From positions 5,310 through 69,309 of IMG/VR virus record IMGVR_UViG_3300021963_000105: 64,000 bases of DNA; one strand, 5' to 3'. Made by a program: the position numbers and the translations under genes. The stretch's first letter is position 1, and every line of letters begins with the position of its first letter. Positions 59,301 to 64,000 of the stretch are shown in pieces. This stretch comes from a virus. The notes beneath the pieces were generated by a model. The model saw nothing but the letters and a program-made list of their open reading frames with translations. It did not search any database and was not told the DNA's origin.

Positions 59301-59830
59301 ATTACGGGATTATCTTCTAAATATGTACCAGCTTGAACTCTAATTACATATCCGTTATATTTCGAACCACTATCTAAACCATATCTACCATCATAACCCG
59401 GCGTTGCCAATAATGATGCTCTTTTAATAGTTCTTAATGGATATTGTATCGAACGACCATCGTTGTTATCATCACCATCGGTGGATGAAACATAAAGAGT
59501 TGGAACATTTGCACCAAAATCTACCGAACGAATACCATCATATAAAGTACTATCAACTGATTTTAATGCATTTGATGCGGTTACAGAAAATATTGTATTA
59601 GGTGCCGATGTTTTAAGAGTACCATCAATAGTTAAAGAACCAGTAAGAAATACCGAACCCGTTATTTCACTTTTTGAACCTGTATCAGTTCCTAAAAAGA
59701 AACTTTGAGAAACTAATAAAGAGCCACTTATAATGACATTATTACCAACATTTAAGTCTTGCCCAACACTAAATGAGCTACTAATGTTTTGTTGTTCTTC
59801 AATTTGTTTACGAGGTATTAATCTTGCCAT
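47327..59830 (-). CDS. Giant virion structural protein (4167 aa): beta-helix-like head region plus 22 CxRD helical repeats
   Basis: YVSSTDGDDNNDGRS...PLRTIKRA and IRVQAGTYLEDNPV...IWGSGLR mark a pectin-lyase-like beta-helix start. Then 22 repeats of CxRDxGYIxDAVATDLxYGGNERS. Confidence 0.8.
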   Translation of the reverse strand: MARLIPRKQIEEQQNISSSFSVGQDLNVGNNVIISGSLLVSQSFFLGTDTGSKSEITGSVFLTGSLTIDGTLKTSAPNTIFSVTASNALKSVDSTLYDGIRSVDFGANVPTLYVSSTDGDDNNDGRSIQYPLRTIKRASLLATPGYDGRYGLDSGSKYNGYVIRVQAGTYLEDNPVILPKNSTIWGSGLRITKILAQNKNEDLFWVNSGCYVAEVTVGGLELYPDQINPDKGFGFAFQPGAFITTSPYIQNCSQISNQENSFTELYEDIKPGGGGLYVNGDAVHPESPLASMVLDAYTQISPNGVGCLVNGRGFIQLVSFFNNFSYYAIRVNNGGHATLNNSNISFGLYGMYASGSRFISGSGGDLVSKQRVRDSWSVIVDVLNKGGLEEGLPTITTLNTAEGIRVNTTISQSNAGLTNVSYTASASETAEIMADYNLISAIVENGTSNFPTLLAKSSNKGYSAESPYNILGATQITSSINASNSDLTQISASIAATISILNNGTGSYNFKSNNADLIKTTQTSPISIGTPKANLTGSISSSFGIIQNIIKNGLSAIPTLVSNNENTIYAGNVQQVMLGVSSSLAKTNEVSASFSTIYNILANGTGSNIEVIPTNHKRAYTITNVNSSSYAWDGVEGNPTIKLFRGETYKFYVSASEAVGPNNYPFFIRTAPISGITDAYDYMNGVINNGDSVGNITFQVPYNAPSKLYYVADNSQDMVGTFDIVNSSTTPEYLIQNTLTYPLTIASSSIAKTDIHTVKAYEILTNNKSFIQEEVIEFVNSSWADFVYDETTCRRDVGYIIDGVAKDLLYGGNEESIRAGITYYTIPSEATTTQLAPTTTAVKYAAGMAINLLNGKTYTSPQTDNYEVWDNIRDNKQFVQDETIAFLSSSWSGFDGFNYNEAKCRRDVGYILDAVATDIKYGGNERSIQAGEFYYKYPSQATSTQSEQTITGVRYAAGLIKNLAMNSTFVSANSSTISAYNLLLDNKELIQNETIQYINVVYPSLKYNQTKCRRDVGYIIDGVATDLLYGGIERGVTSGRYYYDIPSIATTQQKKETIAGVKYAKILADYIVTNQLLDTPKIITNTERGIKVSNETNVTSTFSGNTANQNSISSSFSIIEGIIKRGVSAIPSLVAQNSSQVWNTNNPLHVGSITQIQNGYTTPNEVNVIDRNFEIVNKIIDGGIAAEPVFTSSINGLIKVTDSLQTTGSTASTAQTSSISSSFAYVARIISNGTGSIQPITSSAAGNIKVTATSLVSSTAATGAQSASISSSMGTIIDIITNGLGVVPTLVDNVTAHRKVSNETQTSTSGSLEDVNFISQSISIVTQIIETGNTEYPKSNYVSATNSALVYTTLKNNIEFIQAETIAYLSSSWSGFQYDETKCRRDVGLIISGAAEDFLFNANSASVVNGQYYYEYPSQATDGQLDQTLDGINYASKLAQKIIQNVTFVAAPNANQNAAVLLKNNKEFIKDETIAYMSSSWGSFDYNEATCRRDLGYILDAVATDVYYGGNERSRVAGVYYYKYPSQATGSQLIQTTDAINYASKLAQKIVVGQTFTSADSNKLNASNLLSLNKTFIAEEVVAYVSSSWSGVQYDETKCKRDVGYIIDAVRTDLVYGGNERTSKAGEFYYLYPSAATVGGVPSATQQLDPTITGIERANALSQKVVVNNVFSKPSQAVLDAKALVFENRDYIQQNTIDYISDTYPALQYNTAKCRRDVGFILDNVLTDLVYGGNERSITAGRFYFLYPSQATDSQAFETIDSLRYAKELAKLASIGDIAIERSFDIVSKVILSGSSAIPTIVENTQKGIKVTSETQYTSSNSATSSDKTIVSASFANVINIVLNGTGSLPTIVKNTNKGVNITGGTQTTSFITPQITEINKVDSGFDIVLNVVENGTGSLPTIVTNATSATKQTNTTQFITTASISNNLISGSNDSFDIVLDIVEFGTGSTPNLVKSVNGLVKLTDSVQYSSSFAISSSIAKSVTSSFNYVINILENGTGSLPTITNNTYLNIKTTATPQYISGSSATATEVGLISASISIVTNVIANGTTNTLGNLALPTSSYILPTNNTNKWVAYGILKNNLTFIQDETIAYLSSSWSTASYDESKCRRDIGLIISGAMEDLVFNSNSASVVSAKYYYEYPSQAQGAQLNQTLDGVIYASRLAQKLITNTPFVSPSAQTIRAYDLLVSNKQFIQNETIAYISSSWSTKEYDQTTCKRDVGYIIDAVATDFKWGGNERSITAGKFYYLYPSQATGSQIRETVTGVQYAKNLAEKILRGGQFQKVTQNKLQAKQLIYENKDFIADEVIAYVSASWSEFDYNETTCKRDVGYILDAVATDLVYGGNERAIEAGEFYYRYPSTATNVQLGPTLSGIKYAKGITERVLQNVTFTSASLSKQTAYDLLFQNKSLIQAETIAYVSASWSGFYYNEASCSRDTGYIVDAVATDILYGGNERVREAGEYYYLYPSQATVGNDGDTGGQLNQTLEGIDYAKGIAQKIVRNTLLSTPTTSELAGYDLLFRNKPLIQKEVIQYVSSSWSGVDGFYYNEASCSRDVGYILDAVATDLKYGGNQRSSKAGEYYYLYPSKATVVGFASPDAQLDQTISGIKFAAGLGQKVISNTLLVTASYYVSSSVELLRKNKSFIQDEAIQYIDAVYPDLVYNRTKCRRDVGYIVDAVSTDLLYGGNERGSIAGDYYYRFPSLATKAVQVRETVDGVNYAKAVAKKVAQNILLSSPVITSNTDGNIKVSGVTQFTSANSGSSTEVTNVSSSFSIVTKIIEGGLTAKPTTISNVESLVKVTNVTQYSSSISASSVEVGVITSSFNLIRDIIYGGADSLPDALAGNFNYGFELETPTLLHISSVSQTLGAGTYNSETASVSSSYGIVTDIIGNGTGSIPTLVENTFGGITNSGLSPIPSSTGSSDANDTTISASFATILNIIENGTSVAPTYVSNNAGGIKVTETPQLISGSASARLQSKLISSSFALVIDVITNGSGSQTYVPSSYPNANGNPKITSAYNLLVGNQQMIIDETIAYMSSSWSGFDYNQTKCERDLSIIISGSAFDLLYGGNSASLVNGKFYLEYPSQANGSQLDQTITALKFASGIAENVVQNIKLTHISASLQTSASFVVLKANKGFIQSESIAYLSSSWSEFEYNEASCSRDIGYIVDAVATDLLYGGNQRSIVAGRYYYDYPSQATTAQLDPTLDGVRFAKGTALNVVNNVTYTSPSAGNLTAYNLLLDNKRFIQSESIAFIDAKYPNLDYSSTKCARDLGYIVDAVATDLLYGGNERSSKAGYFYYKYPSQATDSQSVETIEGIKYAGRLSTSVINSITIPEPLVRNNTYNNIKVTNTPQYVTGSEVGTAYEASLISASIAITYNIVETTGSSIPTPTNYSTPSTASNVYYAYNLLKENIEFIKDETIAYMSSSWSGFQYDQDKCKRDVGLIISGAAEDMLFGVASASIVNGKFYFESASFATSSQFNQTLDGIRYASNLAQKVLQNVVFQTASLVVSQSYNLIRNNKSFIQSESLAFVSSSWNEFTYSQATCARDLGYIVDAVSTDLLYGGNERSALAGIFYYKYPSNATSAELEPTVTAVDYAKGLTTKLAQSKTFVNPTTIVSASVTLLRNNRTFIQEETMNYLTASWSTFDYNKDKCRRDIGYIVDGVATDLLYGGNERSVMSGEFYFKYPSKATLLGDGDSVGQLGQTIDGIEYASRIAQKVVSGTTFVTPTTAASASFDLLRKNKKFIAAEVIEYVSSSWSGVYYNQASCSRDVGYLIDAAATDVLYGGQERAITAGTYYYLFPSNATNKGVPSTQNQLDPTVTGVRYAGRLSTKIVTNPTFLIPSASAEYGKKLLVANKSFIQKETLLFLSSSWSTLQYNEISCSRDLGFIIDAVATDLIYGGNERSIEAGSYYYKIPSVAIQPSYTDNGQIGQKKQTVDGINYAKGISEKIVTQTQLVFPGTKRKAAVARLRGSKQELKDKAIGYTNGAFPYLVYNEASCSRDTGLIVDACATDLLYGGNERAIAAASSYYNGQYGSAIAVTRDQLLETLETNRYLRTRAEFIAAGAPLESFGSLIVATGIDYSYNGAGVTFKALPPNQGGSGVANPAYEITQLGGGRIYFTSGNQDGDFRIGTGLSINQATGTLVGRTFSKSLFSLVTPFSLALQI

Positions 59831-60213
59831 TATACTATTTCTGCTATTTTTCCTTTAATTTCAAAATCGGTTGCATTTACATCTTTTGGTAATCTAGTTA
59901 TATCTGCCGTAAATATTATTATTATATCCGTATCAGTTACACTTACACTATATCTATCCTGTGGTTGTTTTACTCCATATAAATACACATCAATATAATC
60001 TTTAACATCATCAACCTCTAAAATATCAAAAATAAATCGTTTATTTATCAAATATAAAGTAAAATAAATTTCATCATTTACTTCTATTTGGTTTGGAAAA
60101 TAGCTATAAATAAAAGTATCTGTATTAACTTGTAATACAAATTGCTTAAATCCCAATCTATCTCTTTGTTTAAGATTTGTTCCTAAATCAATATTTGGTA
60201 TTTTTCTACTCAT
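59830..60213 (-). CDS. Hypothetical neck-region protein
   Basis: 127 aa, overlapping both neighbours. Shares a DVY..G...Y...I.F...EIKGKI domain with the two upstream genes. Confidence 0.65.
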   Translation of the reverse strand: MSRKIPNIDLGTNLKQRDRLGFKQFVLQVNTDTFIYSYFPNQIEVNDEIYFTLYLINKRFIFDILEVDDVKDYIDVYLYGVKQPQDRYSVSVTDTDIIIIFTADITRLPKDVNATDFEIKGKIAEIV

Positions 60214-60566
60214 ACAAATTTTTCTATATCACCATTTATTTTTACCTCATCCTCATCATTAATTGTATATGGGTCTCCAAATCTATCAAATTGAGGAAAA
60301 TTTTCTCTTTTAAATTTTATGTAAAAATCGTTATCAACCATTTCAAATACATAATCAATATCTCTTATAAATAATCCGTTTATAAAAACATCAAATCGTG
60401 CAGATGGTATTCTTAAAGGTTCTAATTTTAAAAATAAAGTTTTTACTCTAACACCATTAATTCTAAAAATCCAATAATATGGGTGCAATAAATCAAATGA
60501 TTCCAATATAAATTCATTTGGTTCATTTACTTCTTTCATTATACTTTTTAATCCAGTTACTTTCAT
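60210..60566 (-). CDS. Hypothetical neck-region protein
   Basis: 118 aa with ATGA overlaps at both ends. FDVFINGLFI...DEVKINGDI. Confidence 0.65.
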   Translation of the reverse strand: MKVTGLKSIMKEVNEPNEFILESFDLLHPYYWIFRINGVRVKTLFLKLEPLRIPSARFDVFINGLFIRDIDYVFEMVDNDFYIKFKRENFPQFDRFGDPYTINDEDEVKINGDIEKFV

Positions 60567-61630
60567 AGTTCTTGAAATTTACCAGTTATTGCAACTTCAT
60601 CTTGCTCATCTATTGCAAATGTTAATCCAATAAATGTAAATGTTATTTCATTTAGTGTACCATTATATGTATAAGTGTATAGAGATGGAGATATAAAGTC
60701 ACCATTTATATAAACTCTAAACCAGTTTACAATATCAAATACACCAACCAATTCGGATGGTAATATTGGTTTTTTAACATTAGTTAATTTTACATTACTT
60801 GAATTTACAAAAGTTGCCATTTGAGAACCTCTAACTGCTACAAAATCAATTACCTGTGCATATTCATTGTATAATGTTGGAGATGTAAATCCATTACCAC
60901 CACCAGTTAAATCAGTTTCAATACCAAATACAACTCTTTTTTTAGAATAATCTTGCTTAACAACAGGCTTTTTACCATGCATTTCTGGTAATAGATATGC
61001 ATTTACTGATATATTAAATGTTGTACGAATTACTCTTTCAGTTCCTTCTCCAACTTCTTGTTGATTTTCAAACGAATCTATTTTTGCTCTAAATCTAAAT
61101 CCATCTTGAGTTCCCCAATATCTATCACTAGCATATTGAAATTGTTCTACGATTTGATTCATATGTTCCGTAAATGATGTCCAAATCATTACTTCATATG
61201 TTACTGTTACATACGATGGCATTGCAATATGATATTGTTCGTATGTAGGTTTTGTATTATTTTGTAAACTAAATCTATCGTATCTATTTTTTTTAGAATA
61301 TTTTTTAAAAGTAGAAATTATTAATTGCTCTCTAAAATGCTCCATAGATTCATTTCTTTCTACGGTATTTCTTTTGAACATTACCAATGGTATTTGTATT
61401 CTACCCCTCTCATCTCTCAAATATCCATTTTGTCTAGCACCTTCCCATCTTTCAGCGTTACCATATATCAATGGAACTTTTACAGGTTTTTCATTTTCAA
61501 CTAATTCAGGAATTACAGTAGAACTCATATATTCAGCAATAGTAGAATCTATATCAATAAGTTTTACACCTTTGATAAATTCTTTTTCTATTGCTATTTG
61601 TTTAGCTCTATTTGTTTCTCTTATATCCAT
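60563..61630 (-). CDS. Tail terminator / sheath stabiliser (T4 gp15-like) with a C-terminal extension
   Basis: VKVPLIYGNAERW, IQIPLVMFKR, PSYVTVTYEVMIWT...MNQIVEQ, RVIRTTFNISVNAYLLP. Follows the neck genes. Confidence 0.7.
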   Translation of the reverse strand: MDIRETNRAKQIAIEKEFIKGVKLIDIDSTIAEYMSSTVIPELVENEKPVKVPLIYGNAERWEGARQNGYLRDERGRIQIPLVMFKRNTVERNESMEHFREQLIISTFKKYSKKNRYDRFSLQNNTKPTYEQYHIAMPSYVTVTYEVMIWTSFTEHMNQIVEQFQYASDRYWGTQDGFRFRAKIDSFENQQEVGEGTERVIRTTFNISVNAYLLPEMHGKKPVVKQDYSKKRVVFGIETDLTGGGNGFTSPTLYNEYAQVIDFVAVRGSQMATFVNSSNVKLTNVKKPILPSELVGVFDIVNWFRVYINGDFISPSLYTYTYNGTLNEITFTFIGLTFAIDEQDEVAITGKFQEL

Positions 61631-62091
61631 TATACTACTCTCATTTCAGTTTGAATTGATGTTCTTCTACTCATAAATGTTGAACAAATTATTGAAAAAT
61701 GCTCTTGGTCACCAGTTCTACCACCTATTAATTGGTCTTCTCTTACATTATCAATTTCAAAGTATGCGTTATTGTGAAAAATAATATCTCCAATTTCAGG
61801 ATAAAATCCGGTATCTTTTAATGAAAAACGATTGAAACGAAAATCTACAGTTTGTCCCACATCCGAACCAAATCCTTCATATGTAACTAAAGTATCTTCT
61901 CTTTGAATCATAGCGTTACACTCAACACCCTGATAATAAGTTTTGGAAAGTGATTCTCCATAAAGATTTGTTTTTGAATTTTCTATGACAAGTTTATATA
62001 GTACAACAGCCGTTGTTACAACTGCATCTACTAATTCTCTTGATATTCCCTCAAAAAATCTGATATCTCTATCTAATGTAAATCTAGCCAT
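61630..62091 (-). CDS. Neck / head-closure protein (T4 gp14-like)
   Basis: NLYGES, PEIGDIIF and YFEIDNV. Follows the gp13-like gene. Confidence 0.7.
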   Translation of the reverse strand: MARFTLDRDIRFFEGISRELVDAVVTTAVVLYKLVIENSKTNLYGESLSKTYYQGVECNAMIQREDTLVTYEGFGSDVGQTVDFRFNRFSLKDTGFYPEIGDIIFHNNAYFEIDNVREDQLIGGRTGDQEHFSIICSTFMSRRTSIQTEMRVV

Positions 62092-62094
62092 TTA

Positions 62095-63249
62095 TTAACC
62101 TATGTATATTGCTAATGGTACTTTTCTCAACATTTCTTGATGTTGATTTGCTTCATTATTTCTATTTTCAAATTGAACTTTTCTGCTCAACTCTTCCAAA
62201 TTTTCTCTTAATTGAGTCATTAGAGCTTCTTTTTCCGTTTGGGCTTCTGCTCTTAATGCGGCACCATCCAATGATACTTCGGAACCAGGTATAGGTATTG
62301 TGGAGTATTTTTCTCTAATTGCTCCTAACAATTCTTTAACTAATGCAAGAGTATATTTACGAATCCATTGCTTACCAACATCGTTAATATCACAATATGG
62401 AATAAAATCATATCCTACATTTGAATAATCAGCAACTACATTATTTTGTACACCTACTGAATTTTCTATAAAATCCTCTCTTACATAGTAATCTATCCAA
62501 AGTTCTTTTACAGTTGATGTTGCTGGTCTTGGAAATATTGTAAGTTTATTATTTACAATATTGAATGTATGTGCCGATTTTCTTATTTGGTCATTAAATT
62601 CAATTTGTTGAATACGAAGTAAATCTTCAAATATTGGCATCAATACGAATTGTGCAGCTGGAGAGAATGAACCAAATCCAAATTCATCAATTAAGTTCAA
62701 CGTACCTTGTCCAGAAACTGAATATGGGTCAAAGAAACGAGAGATTGCTGGGGTTACTTCAAAATATACTTTTGCTATATCAATTGCCTTTCCACCTTCT
62801 TCAGGTACTGCTATTAATTGATGTAAATCATATTCTTGCTGAGAACCAGTTAACATTATTTTTACTTTCTTATATTCCGTCTTACCACCTGCTCCAACTA
62901 ATGTACCATACGCATCAGAAATTGAAACTATTTGACCTAAATTAGTACCATTTACTAATTTTTGAGAATAGTTAGTTCCAGCTGCTTTACCCTTTAAGGT
63001 TTCTAGATTGTTTCGTATATTAAATTGATTAACTTGTGCCCCATACTCTGATGTTGCCTCTTCAAAACATGCGTAGAAGTTTTCATCTACCAATTCCACA
63101 TTTTGGATTGGATAACCTAATCTTCTAGCACACCATAAAGCAACCTTTGGAGCATCCGATTGGAATGTATAATCCTCATCATATATTTCAAAAGGTGTTT
63201 GACCGGGAAAGAATGATGATGAACCGGGATATATTAATTCTTGTGCCAT
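62095..63249 (-). CDS. Neck / head-tail adaptor protein (T4 gp13-like)
   Basis: RRLGYPIQNVEL, QWIRKYTLALVKELLGAIREKYSTIPIPGSEVSLDG. Confidence 0.85.
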   Translation of the reverse strand: MAQELIYPGSSSFFPGQTPFEIYDEDYTFQSDAPKVALWCARRLGYPIQNVELVDENFYACFEEATSEYGAQVNQFNIRNNLETLKGKAAGTNYSQKLVNGTNLGQIVSISDAYGTLVGAGGKTEYKKVKIMLTGSQQEYDLHQLIAVPEEGGKAIDIAKVYFEVTPAISRFFDPYSVSGQGTLNLIDEFGFGSFSPAAQFVLMPIFEDLLRIQQIEFNDQIRKSAHTFNIVNNKLTIFPRPATSTVKELWIDYYVREDFIENSVGVQNNVVADYSNVGYDFIPYCDINDVGKQWIRKYTLALVKELLGAIREKYSTIPIPGSEVSLDGAALRAEAQTEKEALMTQLRENLEELSRKVQFENRNNEANQHQEMLRKVPLAIYIG

Positions 63250-63330
63250 TTATATGTCTTCGTAATTGATGTTACATATAAATATAAAGAATCAAAAGAA
63301 TAGTGTTTGAAAAGATTTATCGAATCAAAT

Positions 63331-63999
63331 TTATGAATTTATAGTAAATGTTACATTACTTTCAAAATTTGTTAAAGTAAGTGGTTCGTATCTATATCTT
63401 AATGAATTATAGTTTTGTAATACTTCTTCATCCGTTAAAACACGATTGTAAAGTTTTAGTGAACTCATTCTACCTGTATAAGATGCGTAACCAGCCCCAA
63501 AGTTAGATATTGGTTCATTATCTGCCAATGTAAGATAATAATCATTTGCTGGATGTTCTTTCATAAAATTAGATGATGTATCTGTTAATTCACCATTTAT
63601 ATACCCACTCATAGTATGTGTACTATTTGAATATGTCATTACAAGCTGATACCACTTACCCATATCCAATGTACCAATTCCTTGATATCCCACTCCACCT
63701 ACCCATGCCCCAATTCTTAATATACCATTAACCAATTCCATAAGAGATACCTGCCATCCAGCTTTATCAATTTCTCTTAAAATAGTTCCTGTGTTATTTT
63801 CTGGCTTAATCCAAACTTCATATGTAAAATCTCCAAAAAATGTTGAACCAAAATTAGGAGAATCTGCGTAAGCACCATTTACAAAATATATTGAACCATC
63901 ATTATTACCATCAAAATATCCACCATCAATCAATGTATAATTGTATCCATTTCCAGATATATCTGCCCAATTAGTTCCGTATGTGGGATAACTATTAGT
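63331..63999 (-). CDS. LamG/concanavalin-A-like lectin domain protein, 5'-truncated by window edge
   Basis: The frame stays open to the edge (SYPTYGTNWADISGNG). FTYEVWIKP, WYQLVMTY, YING and LYNRVLTDEEVLQNYN. Confidence 0.85.
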   Translation of the reverse strand, partial: TNSYPTYGTNWADISGNGYNYTLIDGGYFDGNNDGSIYFVNGAYADSPNFGSTFFGDFTYEVWIKPENNTGTILREIDKAGWQVSLMELVNGILRIGAWVGGVGYQGIGTLDMGKWYQLVMTYSNSTHTMSGYINGELTDTSSNFMKEHPANDYYLTLADNEPISNFGAGYASYTGRMSSLKLYNRVLTDEEVLQNYNSLRYRYEPLTLTNFESNVTFTINS

Positions 64000-64000
64000 T

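Noticed and set aside
1-64000. Stop-codon reassignment, as in some large Bacteroidota phages
   Set aside because: Standard code 11 gives near-complete coding density with intact conserved genes, and TGA acts as a stop in ATGA overlaps (60210, 60563). TAG use could not be assessed from this window.

Overview
This window comes from an AT-rich, large (probably jumbo) T4-like myophage genome, with all genes on the minus strand. In transcription order (right to left) it holds a LamG protein, neck and tail-terminator genes, three giant repetitive fibre proteins (4167, 3268 and 2501 aa) with small adaptors and chaperones, then tail sheath, tail tube, a probably frameshifted tail-assembly chaperone, tape measure and baseplate genes. 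These are followed by a complete tmRNA, a short family-A DNA polymerase, an exported nuclease, two putative head-packaged proteins, a GH19 endolysin, and a replication/recombination block (SSB, UvsX, 5'-3' exonuclease, helicase). Four TTTG-N20-TAnnTTTG promoters and A-rich, SD-less starts point to a Bacteroidota host. A TATTTATA motif precedes many structural genes. The most striking observation is that the 4167-aa protein carries 22 tandem repeats with an invariant C-x-R-D motif that aligns without gaps to the bilin-binding helix of phycocyanin. The nearby 3268-aa fibre carries an intact blue-copper ligand set and about 990 aa of Gly-Thr-Ser repeats. All family assignments are by eye, and no database search was run.
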